IMG/VR virus record: IMGVR_UViG_3300021400_001778
Span: 8,923 to 72,922 of that record
DNA length: 64,000 bases
Strand: one strand, 5' to 3'
Source: a virus
Taxonomy: Duplodnaviria; Heunggongvirae; Uroviricota; Caudoviricetes
The translations under genes and the position numbers were made by a program. This document shows positions 35,254-44,613 of the stretch, piece after piece; position 1 is the stretch's first letter, and the number at the start of each line of letters is the position of its first letter. The notes under the pieces were generated by a model. The model saw nothing but the letters and a program-made list of their open reading frames with translations, was not told where the DNA came from and did no database searches.

Positions 35254-35898
35254 TTAAATGAAATCGCAAACCTTGATTTTTGTAATAATTCTGTTGTGCT
35301 GTCTGTCATAAAGGTCTATTATTGGCTTACCGACCACACCCTCCATTTCGTGATTCGGGTTAATAAGTGAACGAGGTTGAGTCTTGATAAATTCAATAGC
35401 ATCATTAATCGTTCCAATCATAACTAATGGCACGGTTTTAATGCCGAATGCCTTTGCGATATCTTGAATATCCTGATATTTAAGCCAAGTATCTGAACCA
35501 ACCATATACACATCGAACAAGATAAAATCACAGCCATCTGGAATATAATTACCGCCGCCTTTCTGAATTTTCGCGCCGTAACCTTCGCCAAACAGAACAA
35601 CTTCTTTCTCGCCAAACAGTTGTTCAAACATCTCTTCGGCTTCATTCGTACCGAAAATCTCAATCAATCTATTCGTAAGATGTGCGGGAATCTGCGCTCT
35701 CTCCGTTCTTCCCTGATAGTTTACTTTGTGTCCGTTCCAGTATATGCCCGTATTTGTTCCGTCCACTTTTTCACTAAAGAACCAGAGATTATTAGATAAA
35801 AATTTGACTGCATCGTTTCTATATTCTCCCTCAATAAGTTTCTTAGTGCCTTCAATATCTCTAACAAATGGTGTTTCAATTTTTGTGTAAGTATACAT
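35254..35898 (-). CDS. ATP-dependent RNA ligase (Rnl2-like nucleotidyltransferase domain)
   Basis: Motif I EKVDGTN (KxDGxN), motif IV FGEGYGAKIQ, motif V ILFDVY, C-terminal ...KIKV lysine motif. Confidence 0.65.
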   Translation of the reverse strand: MYTYTKIETPFVRDIEGTKKLIEGEYRNDAVKFLSNNLWFFSEKVDGTNTGIYWNGHKVNYQGRTERAQIPAHLTNRLIEIFGTNEAEEMFEQLFGEKEVVLFGEGYGAKIQKGGGNYIPDGCDFILFDVYMVGSDTWLKYQDIQDIAKAFGIKTVPLVMIGTINDAIEFIKTQPRSLINPNHEMEGVVGKPIIDLYDRQHNRIITKIKVCDFI

Positions 35899-35911
35899 AT
35901 TTTCTCCTCAT

Positions 35912-36578
35912 TTATCCCCACTGTGAAGCCATAGCATTAGCAATTCCAATGAAAGTTTTGCTTCTCGTTCTACTATCTCGAAATGTCACACCGCCATTTT
36001 CTTTGCGTTGTCTGCAATTTACCCATGAAGCAATCGGCTCTATTATATTTGTCGGCTCTAATTTCGGTAATCCTTTTAACCACAAACAGGTTCTTTTTAA
36101 ATAAGGTTCGCCAAACTCATAAGGTTGTATAGCTTGTGTGTATTTCGGTAATCTATATATTCCAGAAGGTGTTGGATTCTCTATCGCTATCTTTTCACAG
36201 TCACAATTATAAAAGTTCATAAAAAATTCTTTCGCATCTAAACCGAGTTCAAATCTGCTCTTTTTTATATAGGACTCACCATCTATTCTCTTAAATAAGT
36301 GGTTTGCTCCCGCGTTCGACAGATAAGTGCAAGGTGGATGCGCGATAATCATATCCCACTTCTCAATAAAATGAGTAGTGCCATCCATTGTTACGAATTG
36401 CCCCCCGTAGTATCGGAAGAACATCACCTAAAATGTGCCATTCTGGATGACCGCCAGACGGCTCTTGAATATCGCAAGAGTAGGCTTCATGCCCTTTTGC
36501 GCGGAACGCTCCGCATACTCTCTGAGATTCTTCGCAAGCAATTAACACGTTCAACTTACATTCTCCTTTCTTCAACAA
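35912..36578 (-). pseudogene. C5-cytosine DNA methyltransferase-like gene lacking a canonical motif I and split by a frameshift (ORFs 36363-36578 and 35912-36427 overlap)
   Basis: Motif IV-like DMIIAHPPCTYLSNAG (compare ILCAGFPCQAFSISG) and ENP (compare ENV); IACEESQ sits where FxGxGG would be; frame change near the CCCCCC run at ~36403-36408. Confidence 0.45.
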
Positions 36579-36876
36579 CTTTATTTATTTTCTCCGCGCC
36601 TTTAATATTCCAATTTTTCATTTTTCTCCTGTGAATCTCGCAAACAATCTCGCTTACATCTATTGATGTTAAAAATACGTCAAGTTCTTTGCTATCTTCA
36701 TCCTTATAGAATCTTTTCTCAATCCAGTCGATTAATTCGTTTGCGTTAATATATTCCTTTAATACGTTGCGATAATATTTGCTATCGCTATCTATGGTTA
36801 AAACTATACCTATAATCCATCCAAATGGAATACCTATAAAGAATGCCACTACAAAAACAACTACTGATGTTGGCAA
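36556..36876 (-). CDS. Hypothetical membrane protein (106 aa)
   Basis: ORF with an N-terminal hydrophobic segment. Confidence 0.3.
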   Translation of the reverse strand: MPTSVVVFVVAFFIGIPFGWIIGIVLTIDSDSKYYRNVLKEYINANELIDWIEKRFYKDEDSKELDVFLTSIDVSEIVCEIHRRKMKNWNIKGAEKINKVVEERRM

Positions 36877-36879
36877 TTT

Positions 36880-37299
36880 TTATCCTCCTTTTAAATTTTT
36901 TAATACTGGATTTAAATTTACAGTTTCGCCGCTAAAACTAAAAAACTCTCTTAAAGTAGTTCTTGACCAACTGTGAACACCAGTATCATCTAATAGCCCA
37001 TATTTTGCGCCATCATAATAATATATAATATATCTTTTACCATCTGCTGTATGTATATATACATCGCCAATTTGAGGTTCATGTATACTATCGCACGATT
37101 TTATAATTTCGTCAGTTGTCAAATCATCAAACATATCTAAAAAAAATCCGCATTTTTTATTAAACAACTGGTTAAACAACTGGTATCGTTCATCAAATGA
37201 TAGTTCTTTTAATTTCTTTAATGCACCAAATAAATCATCTGCCGAAAATTCACTTAATGCATCTTTTTCTACCCAAAAAAAATAGCGTATTATTTTCAT
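36880..37299 (-). CDS. Hypothetical protein (139 aa)
   Basis: ORF only. Confidence 0.3.
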   Translation of the reverse strand: MKIIRYFFWVEKDALSEFSADDLFGALKKLKELSFDERYQLFNQLFNKKCGFFLDMFDDLTTDEIIKSCDSIHEPQIGDVYIHTADGKRYIIYYYDGAKYGLLDDTGVHSWSRTTLREFFSFSGETVNLNPVLKNLKGG

Positions 37300-37730
37300 A
37301 ATCTACATATTTAAGTCTTACATAATTGCCAGTAGTATCTTCATTTTCTTCTAAAAATTCTACTGGCAAATATACAATATCACCACTCTTCATTTAAACC
37401 AATACCTCCAAGCAAAATAAAGTACAACGATAATTAATATTATTGAAACGATAAGATAAATGCCATACACAATAGCACATTTAATACTAATATCTAAAAT
37501 CTTTTGTATAATTTCTTCTGTTATCATATTGCCCTCTTAAAATATACTTAAAACATCATTAAGTTTTTCTTCTACATCTGGCGAATCGAGATTCGGTACT
37601 TCGAACGTGTGTACTTCATTACCTTTCAACGCCATAATTCTACATGAATTTTCGCGGTAAAGCATATCGTATGATATATATACCGTTGGATTTATTCTCT
37701 TCGCCAATTCTCTGATATCGTGTATCGTTC

Positions 37731-38012
37731 TCATTCGAATGAATATTTATTAATCCTTTCTACTTTTTCGATATATCTTGTTTTTCTGCTTCCGCAAATT
37801 GGACAATAATAATATAGTTTATTAGCGTCTGGCTCTCTACAAATTGGACAATAATATAGTCCATTAGCGTCTGGATCTCTGCCAATTGGCGAGCCGTTAA
37901 TGCCCTTATCACATCTATATCTAAAACCGCAACTACATTTAGCATATATAGCCGCATCGCCTAAATACTTAACAAATCTCCATATATGGTCTTTTCTTCT
38001 ACCCTTTTTCAT
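37731..38012 (-). CDS. Small Zn-finger protein (93 aa) with repeated CPIC motifs
   Basis: CSCG...YYCPICRE...YYYCPICGS. Confidence 0.35.
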   Translation of the reverse strand: MKKGRRKDHIWRFVKYLGDAAIYAKCSCGFRYRCDKGINGSPIGRDPDANGLYYCPICREPDANKLYYYCPICGSRKTRYIEKVERINKYSFE

Positions 38013-38016
38013 AAAA

Positions 38017-39297
38017 TTATGCTGTTTGGATACTCGCGACTTTAGCCGTGAGAGGAAAACAACTTCTCCTTTCTATAAGATATCCATTAACATGTTCTAA
38101 TAATTTTAACTTCTTATAACTAATATTTCCTTTATTCACTTTATCTCCACTTAAATTTCTTATATCAAAATACCCAGTTTTTCTTCTTGCGAAGATAAAA
38201 TACTGTTTCCCTTGATACATTACTCTATCGTATAAATGAAACCCATGTATATCATAATCTGTCTGATTTCTTTTCTTTACGCCACCTTTGCAGATATTGA
38301 ATTTATGAATTTGGCGATTATGTCTTCTAACTTTCCTATAATAGTAAATACAATCATCGTCTTTTGCTAATGTATTTCCGCTAATACATCGCGCGTCTAT
38401 ATAATGTTCTTTCGGCAAACCATGAAGAATCCTACTGTTCTTTGTAATATATCCGAATGTCATAGATACATCTTTATATCTACTTTTTAATTCGTTGTAG
38501 AACGCCCATCGCATAATCCCCATAAACGTTGCGTCTCTAAAAGACATGCCACGTTTGATTGTATTAGGAAGTTTTACCGTCCCATTGTGATATCCTTTGT
38601 GGCAAGTTTCGCAAAGTGTAATTAAATTGTTTGGCGCATCACCACCCGTCTTTCTACTTTCGATATGATGAACATTTAAAATCTTATCTTTTGACTTACC
38701 TTTACAGCATTGGCAAGTGTGACCATCTCTGAACAATACATATTCACGCACGTTCCAAAATCCAAGCTGTTCACCCTCTTGATACATTTCGTTATGTATA
38801 TCAGGGTTTTTAATCTTCTGTATATCAAAAGACGCTGTTTCAACCACAATCTTTGATATAGGAAGAATATTATAAATCTTATCAACCACAGATAAATGCG
38901 TTTCAATTTTGTGTCTGATGCTTGGCGATAACCATTTCTCGCATCGCTTTCGGTTGTTGAAACGTGCTTTGCGATATCTTGTTTTGCGATTTCTTCGTTC
39001 TTTTCTTGCTCCGCGCCTTGTAGATAACTTCTCTACAATATCGTTTCGGAGTTCTACTTCCGATTCAAATAAAACTTGATTACTTGTAGTTGCTGATAAT
39101 CCTATAGTTTTACTTCCACTATCAACTCCAAGAGAGATATCTTGAATAACATTTCCAGTTTCGTATAATAATTGAATCGTGAACGGATTTTTATTAATTA
39201 CCTTTGCTTTATTGTCTCGCAAAAGTCTTCTTACTTTCCCAAAACGCTTCGTTGGCATTAAAGGTTTTCCGTCTCGATTTATCACATAAACAAACAT
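38017..39297 (-). CDS. iscB: IscB (OMEGA-system RNA-guided nuclease, IS200/IS605-associated ancestor of Cas9)
   Basis: N-terminal PLMP domain (INRDGKPLMPTKRFGKVRRLL), RuvC-I (ISLGVDSGSKTIG), Arg-rich bridge helix, HNH (CQCCKG...NVHHIESRKTGGDAPNNLITLCETCHKGYHN), RuvC-III (KEHYIDARC); 426 aa. Confidence 0.85.
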   Translation of the reverse strand: MFVYVINRDGKPLMPTKRFGKVRRLLRDNKAKVINKNPFTIQLLYETGNVIQDISLGVDSGSKTIGLSATTSNQVLFESEVELRNDIVEKLSTRRGARKERRNRKTRYRKARFNNRKRCEKWLSPSIRHKIETHLSVVDKIYNILPISKIVVETASFDIQKIKNPDIHNEMYQEGEQLGFWNVREYVLFRDGHTCQCCKGKSKDKILNVHHIESRKTGGDAPNNLITLCETCHKGYHNGTVKLPNTIKRGMSFRDATFMGIMRWAFYNELKSRYKDVSMTFGYITKNSRILHGLPKEHYIDARCISGNTLAKDDDCIYYYRKVRRHNRQIHKFNICKGGVKKRNQTDYDIHGFHLYDRVMYQGKQYFIFARRKTGYFDIRNLSGDKVNKGNISYKKLKLLEHVNGYLIERRSCFPLTAKVASIQTA

Positions 39298-39620
39298 AAT
39301 ACTCCTATGATATGTTTTGTTGTTGTAAACCAGTACATATCAACTGTAAGATAACCATCGTCAATGTTATGGAAAGGTTTACATATGCACAACACTGTTC
39401 CTACCCATTAGAACTGTTTAATCATGCGTCGTAGAGTTACAGACTTGGTTATACATCCGTAAGTACCTATACATTCTTTCCTAACGTAGTGTCCGAAACA
39501 CTTAGACTAATCAATAACGAACTTTCGCAAGTCCGTGACTTTAGTCATGGGTTATTGACGCTCTTTCCACTATTTCAAGAGCATCACTTAATATTGAATT
39601 TACCATAAATATGCCTCCTA
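39298..39620 (-). ncRNA. Candidate omega-RNA (HEARO-type) for IscB: ORF-free, higher-GC region immediately 5' of iscB
   Basis: About 320 nt with no ORF and many inverted repeats, in the position expected for an IscB omega-RNA; a promoter lies just upstream at 39627-39655. Confidence 0.5.
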
Positions 39621-39626
39621 CTTTTC

Positions 39627-39655
39627 AGTATACTACTTATATTCTCCTATGTCAA
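39627..39655 (-). promoter_or_regulatory. Minus-strand promoter TTGACA-17-TATACT positioned to transcribe the omega-RNA and iscB; followed by AGGAGG plus a 21-codon mini-ORF
   Basis: Reverse complement of 39627-39655 reads TTGACAtaggagaatataagtagTATACT; the taagtagTATA part is shared with the two other promoters. Confidence 0.45.
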
Positions 39656-39658
39656 TAG

Positions 39659-39937
39659 TTATTTCTCAACCATTTTTGCCCCGCAATAAGGACAGAAATT
39701 ACTTTCGAAAGCTACATGTATAAAATTTCCGTCTACTTCGTCAAGAGCATATCTGCCACATTCAGAACAGCAATAACCGCCACCTTTCTGACTCACCCAA
39801 CGTCCTGTCTTGCGCTCTGGCTGTGCAGTTGGAATTTTTCTAAAAATATCTTTTGCATATTCCAAATCTGCGTAAGTATCAACGCTCCCAATGCGTTCAA
39901 CCGCGTCTATCGCCGCTTCCCTTTCAATTAAACTCAA
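39659..39937 (-). CDS. AQPE / C-terminal CPxCGAKM zinc-ribbon family member 1
   Basis: ...IPTAQPERKTGRW...CSECG...NFCPYCGAKMVEK. Confidence 0.5.
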   Translation of the reverse strand: MSLIEREAAIDAVERIGSVDTYADLEYAKDIFRKIPTAQPERKTGRWVSQKGGGYCCSECGRYALDEVDGNFIHVAFESNFCPYCGAKMVEK

Positions 39938-39940
39938 TTT

Positions 39941-40306
39941 TTACCACCCCTTATCTTCCATTTTCGCGCCACAGTTCGGACAGTAGTTATATGTCGGTTC
40001 ATCATCTTCAAAAACACATCCACACTCCGAACATTTCCACTCGTAGTAAACAGGACTTCCGTCTGCGTACCCATCAAATTCAGTTCCAATGAAATACCCC
40101 GTCCTCTGCTCTGGCTGTGCGGGTGGTAAACCTTCAAGTAATTGTTTAACTGTGCCAATAAACCCCTCTGCCGTACCTTCCTCAACATACCAATCACCAT
40201 ACGCATCAATCGCCGTTTGTCTGCTTATCAGGTCATCATTCTGGCTCATACAAATCCCTCTCCCTTCTAAGACAGTTGCGGCATCCCGCATATTCGTAAT
40301 AATCAT
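39941..40306 (-). CDS. AQPE / CPNCGAKM zinc-ribbon family member 2
   Basis: ...LPPAQPEQRTGYF...CSECG...YCPNCGAKMEDKGW. Confidence 0.5.
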   Translation of the reverse strand: MIITNMRDAATVLEGRGICMSQNDDLISRQTAIDAYGDWYVEEGTAEGFIGTVKQLLEGLPPAQPEQRTGYFIGTEFDGYADGSPVYYEWKCSECGCVFEDDEPTYNYCPNCGAKMEDKGW

Positions 40307-40487
40307 ATTTGCACCCTTTGCAAGTCAATACTGGCTGTGCGGATTCAAGCATGTCCTTTATTTCGGTTAATGCTTGCGCGTAGTGCCACAAATCACTGTG
40401 TTCTGCCTTGCCAATATCTGCTAAAATATTGATTAACCAATTAACGGCTTCTCTGTTATCCATCAGTTCTCCTTTCATGACTTTCAA
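40236..40487 (-). CDS. Hypothetical protein (83 aa)
   Basis: ORF only. Confidence 0.3.
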   Translation of the reverse strand: MKVMKGELMDNREAVNWLINILADIGKAEHSDLWHYAQALTEIKDMLESAQPVLTCKGCKYDYYEYAGCRNCLRRERDLYEPE

Positions 40488-40694
40488 TACTTGTAGAAAA
40501 CCATCTGACCTGTCTCAGCGGTATATGCCGATTTGAACCATTTGAAAGCCTCAACCAAAGCAAGTCACATCCAAAGCGCACCTCTGTGCATTCAAACTCT
40601 TCCAGATATCCGTCCCACCATCTTACAGTTACTATGTTATTCATCAGTTCTCCTTTCCGTTAAAACCAGTTGCTTTATAATTTCCTTTTACACC

Positions 40695-41000
40695 TCATTT
40701 CACAAGCAAATCTCTTCCACACATCGGGCAGTATCTAATTTTTGCGCTTCCATGCCATCCATTTGCTTTTAAACTCAGTTCCCACCCGTTTATGCCAAAT
40801 CGTATAAATGCGTGTCCGTTCTTCTCAATTGGCTTTACATAACCATCAGAATCTTTATTACAGTATTCGCAAACTCCCAAACGTGCGCGAAGTTTGTTTT
40901 CATCCCTTCCATGTCTGCACAATGCATAATATTCACACGGTTCTGGCTGTGCAGGCGATAACTTTTTTTCAAGTTGCTCAATGTCGATTAAATCACTCAT
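40695..41000 (-). CDS. AQPE / zinc-ribbon family member 3
   Basis: ...LSPAQPEPCEYY...RYCPMCGRDLLVK. Confidence 0.45.
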   Translation of the reverse strand: MSDLIDIEQLEKKLSPAQPEPCEYYALCRHGRDENKLRARLGVCEYCNKDSDGYVKPIEKNGHAFIRFGINGWELSLKANGWHGSAKIRYCPMCGRDLLVK

Positions 41001-41181
41001 TTCTTCCCCTCATCTTCGCGCCGCAATTCGGGCAAAAATTAAATATTACATTATCTCCTACATATGGAACAAGTATATCCGCCCCACATTCAGAGCATTT
41101 GCATATCATATATCGTGGAATACTTGTGTATGTTAACCATACACCAGTTTCGCATTCTGTTTTTGTCTTATATTTATTCAT
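40993..41181 (-). CDS. Zinc-ribbon family member 4 (short form)
   Basis: ...CKCSECGADI...NFCPNCGAKMRGRNE. Confidence 0.45.
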   Translation of the reverse strand: MNKYKTKTECETGVWLTYTSIPRYMICKCSECGADILVPYVGDNVIFNFCPNCGAKMRGRNE

Positions 41182-41374
41182 TATTCTCCCGTTTTAAAAG
41201 TTCCTCATAATATTTCCGTATGTGTTCGGCGCAATATCTCTCTGTACAGTCGCCAAAACAACACCAACTTTTTATACATAATACACACATCTCTTTTGAG
41301 ATAAGTTGCGCGAGTTCGTCAATTGTGAACAATGATTTTATATTTTTTATAAATTCACTATTTAAACTTTTCAT
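41174..41374 (-). CDS. Hypothetical protein (66 aa)
   Basis: ORF only. Confidence 0.3.
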   Translation of the reverse strand: MKSLNSEFIKNIKSLFTIDELAQLISKEMCVLCIKSWCCFGDCTERYCAEHIRKYYEELLKRENNE

Positions 41375-41406
41375 TTTTTTATGTATATATTAATTACATT
41401 CCCCTT

Positions 41407-41979
41407 TTATTTTTTCATTTTAGCCCCGCAATTCGGACAATAATCTGCCATTTCGCCATTTTGCGGTTCTGTCATGCAAGCGGAACAATATGGATAATAA
41501 CCATCCGAATTAATAATCCACCGAGCCTCGCGCGTTTTATTTTTTTTATTATCAACCACATCATCATCACTTCTATAATTCCATGATTTTATAACATGTT
41601 CTTTGTTATCACGCCATCCGAATTGTGCATCACACTCCGCAGTACCGCCCCCTCCGTATTCATCGAAATAGTTTTCAATATCTTCTTTGAGACAGCTTCC
41701 GTCACAATCCACTTCATCGTAATGTACGGCAATACTCAAGGCATTAAGCACATATGGACTCTTCCATGCAGTTTCAAGCAATTCATGTGTTGATTTCAAG
41801 AGCGTCCTTGCTCTCGACAGTTCCTTTAGCCATTCCGCTTGTTGATGATAATTTGTGGCTATTTGCAAACATACCTTTTTCGCTTCTTCACTCGTCAAAC
41901 GGTGCAACCTATCTCTATAACTTAGTTCTAAATATTCATTCGACTTGATAGCCTCTTCGATTGTCATTCCATTAATCAC
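41407..41979 (-). CDS. Zinc-ribbon family member 5 (long N-terminal extension)
   Basis: ...YCSACMTE...DYCPNCGAKMKK. Confidence 0.45.
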   Translation of the reverse strand: MINGMTIEEAIKSNEYLELSYRDRLHRLTSEEAKKVCLQIATNYHQQAEWLKELSRARTLLKSTHELLETAWKSPYVLNALSIAVHYDEVDCDGSCLKEDIENYFDEYGGGGTAECDAQFGWRDNKEHVIKSWNYRSDDDVVDNKKNKTREARWIINSDGYYPYCSACMTEPQNGEMADYCPNCGAKMKK

Positions 41980-42114
41980 CTCCTGCTAACGCTCCTGCGA
42001 CCACAATAGCTATGCTTATCAGTGAAGCATCATCAGATATAACCACTCCGCTTATTCTCATGCATGTGATTACTGCTGATGTAATAGTTAGAGCGGCAAA
42101 TGCATATACAAATC

Positions 42115-42396
42115 TCATTCCTCATCACCGTCCTCTGCTTCGATTACTGTCGGTTGCATATTAACCGCATCAATATTTAACGGTATCCACCGTTCTGCAC
42201 AAAATTCTATTAGTGCATTTCTGTCAATCAAATCGCCGTGTGGAACAGAAACTTCGAAAATCGGACACGGTTTTTCGCAATCCCAAAAATCTCTATCAAT
42301 CGCTCCGTGGGTAATTTTACAATAACAATCATACATGTTAAAATCACAACCAAAGCAATTCTTTGGTTTATCCATACCTTTTATAACAACGCTCAT
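42115..42396 (-). CDS. MSVxIKxM...PHGDLID paralog A (Cys-rich)
   Basis: Pairwise similarity to the adjacent ORF: MSVVIKGMDKPKNCFGCDF...CPIFEVSVPHGDLID. Confidence 0.45.
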   Translation of the reverse strand: MSVVIKGMDKPKNCFGCDFNMYDCYCKITHGAIDRDFWDCEKPCPIFEVSVPHGDLIDRNALIEFCAERWIPLNIDAVNMQPTVIEAEDGDEE

Positions 42397-42728
42397 TTTG
42401 TCTCCTCCGCTTCAATTACTATCTTTGGAAGTCTCACCGCCTTATCGTTCAGCAAATCCTTTACCGTTGTTACCTTCAATCCGTCTTTGATTCCAATGGT
42501 TATTTTACTGTCAATGTCAATCAAATCACCGTGCGGAGCGGAAACTTCCACAAGAGGACAGAAGTCTGCTCGTTTCTCATAAAATTCTCTACTATTGTCT
42601 TCAAAACATGGTTTAAAATAGTAATTTCCGCAATTGCAAGCCTTTGTCTGATGGAGATTCGACCATTCGCTAAACTCGCATCCGTAACAGCGGCTCGGCA
42701 TCTCCATATCTTTTATAAATACGCTCAT
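42393..42728 (-). CDS. MSVxIKxM...PHGDLID paralog B
   Basis: MSVFIKDMEMPSRCYGCEF...CPLVEVSAPHGDLID. Confidence 0.45.
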   Translation of the reverse strand: MSVFIKDMEMPSRCYGCEFSEWSNLHQTKACNCGNYYFKPCFEDNSREFYEKRADFCPLVEVSAPHGDLIDIDSKITIGIKDGLKVTTVKDLLNDKAVRLPKIVIEAEETK

Positions 42729-42888
42729 TCCGTATCACCGTCCTTCTTTTCCGTTATGAAGTCTGCTATCACCGCAAGACTGCCCGCAATCTCCGCAAGA
42801 AAAATAACTATTGCATCATCATTGCTTAAATGAGAATTATCATTAAGCGTGTCTACTGCGTCAGTGTATGACTTTGTTCTTGTTTCGG

Positions 42889-43266
42889 TCATCCAGACAC
42901 CTCTTCCATTTCGCTAAGAAAATCATCAAGATACTTCGACCTATACTCAGTTTTCGTGAATCTGTTCACAAAATATTTAATTGAATAAACGTCATAACCA
43001 TCACGGTAGCAAATCCATATCGTATCTCCTTCAACGTCAACACACCAAACAACCGCAACTTCACCATTTCTTTTCCAATACTCGCCAACCTTCGGCAAAT
43101 CATTGTATGCACGGTACTTCTCGATTAAATCTGATGCTGAAAAATCCTTTACATAACTACCAACAATCGTACTTACACCAAAAGCGTTTTTTCGCTCGTC
43201 TCCGTCCATATTAGGAATCGCTCTTAGCACTTCACGATATTCCTCTGCTGTATAATTTTCACACAT
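42889..43266 (-). CDS. PKVGEYW-motif protein (paralog trio member)
   Basis: NDLPKVGEYWKRNGEVAVVWCVDVEG. Confidence 0.4.
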   Translation of the reverse strand: MCENYTAEEYREVLRAIPNMDGDERKNAFGVSTIVGSYVKDFSASDLIEKYRAYNDLPKVGEYWKRNGEVAVVWCVDVEGDTIWICYRDGYDVYSIKYFVNRFTKTEYRSKYLDDFLSEMEEVSG

Positions 43267-43448
43267 AATTAAATTCCCCTTTCTTCTTTATCATTCGCCC
43301 AATGTCTGCACCAATGCACCATCACGGTTATATGCGGTAAATATTTTCCGTCCACTTCGCAATGACAACGTGTGTAAATATCTTCTTCGTCTCTTTCCCG
43401 TATACAGTGACGGCAGTTGCAACAGATTTTTCCGTTTTCAACACTCAT

Positions 43449-43694
43449 TCAACATCCCCCTTTATTTTCATCGCGCCCAATAATAATATTTATATTAATA
43501 TTATGATTAGGATATGACCGACCCAACCCTAAATATGTGTTTATGACCTCAGTCAGACCAATCCTACAATTATCGCAAAGGTCGAGTGGCGTGTGAATTG
43601 TATTGTAATTATTCAGCGTTATTTCAGTTTCAGTGTTTTTTAAAGATATTTCAGCACCGCATTTATCGCAGTAATATTTCAAAGTGTATGCCAT
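43449..43694 (-). CDS. Small zinc-ribbon protein (81 aa)
   Basis: CDKCGAEI...CDNC. Confidence 0.35.
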   Translation of the reverse strand: MAYTLKYYCDKCGAEISLKNTETEITLNNYNTIHTPLDLCDNCRIGLTEVINTYLGLGRSYPNHNININIIIGRDENKGGC

Positions 43695-43755
43695 CTATTT
43701 CACCATAATCTATTTTGTATTTAAAAATATTTACGAATTACCATTTTTATTATAA

Positions 43756-44046
43756 TTATCCTATTAATTTATATTTAACAATTTTATAACCATCGCCAAG
43801 TTTACGTAATTTTATTTTCGCTTCATCAATGTGTCTGTAGCAACCGCCGCGAGCATTAAAGATTATTTCGCCAGTTGTGATGTCTTCTATAGCATACAAT
43901 TCTGTTGGTCGCTTTACCTGTAAAGCCTTGAGTTGTCTATACTCTTCAAGCCATTTGATAAGCTGTGCATTTTTATATTCCGATTCTAAATCACATAAAT
44001 TCCCGTTTAATGATTTAAGTTCGTTTATTCTTTCATCAAGAGTCAT
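43756..44046 (-). CDS. Hypothetical protein (96 aa)
   Basis: ORF only. Confidence 0.3.
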   Translation of the reverse strand: MTLDERINELKSLNGNLCDLESEYKNAQLIKWLEEYRQLKALQVKRPTELYAIEDITTGEIIFNARGGCYRHIDEAKIKLRKLGDGYKIVKYKLIG

Positions 44047-44096
44047 TTTATGTTCTCCACTTTATTTCTCGAAAAGTTTAAGTTGTTAAAACTCAA

Positions 44097-44588
44097 TTAT
44101 TCATTTGACTGCTCGATAATTTCTACATTGTTTGCAAGCATTATAGCTGTATTATTAACGGCTTTTTGAAGTATATCTGTACTTATTTCTATTTGTCTTA
44201 TTTCGCCAGTTCGCGCCATTCCCGCGCAGACACAATCACAAATCATCTCAATAATGTCGATTAGATTTACATCATCTGGACAATATTTATTCAAATGATG
44301 TCGTTCAGTTTCACAATGCATCTTATACCATTCGCCGTCTTCGAAATTTATTTTGCCACTGATGGCATCGCATAAATCTCTGTAAAAAATGCTTTTATAA
44401 GGCTCTATTACCTTAGTATCATCATGTTTCGTTCTTCGCTCTCTAATTCTCTCGTTAATAAAATGCATTGCGTCACTTACTTCTTCCCTATGACTTCTAT
44501 TGGCTATTCCAAATTCATTGATTGTCGGAATGTGTTTCGCGGTTCGCGAATCTCCGTTTGTGTTTCTCATTATTTTAATAACTTCCAT
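44097..44588 (-). CDS. Hypothetical protein (163 aa)
   Basis: ORF only. Confidence 0.35.
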   Translation of the reverse strand: MEVIKIMRNTNGDSRTAKHIPTINEFGIANRSHREEVSDAMHFINERIRERRTKHDDTKVIEPYKSIFYRDLCDAISGKINFEDGEWYKMHCETERHHLNKYCPDDVNLIDIIEMICDCVCAGMARTGEIRQIEISTDILQKAVNNTAIMLANNVEIIEQSNE

Positions 44589-44613
44589 TTATTAACCTAC
44601 TCTCTTTCAAGTT

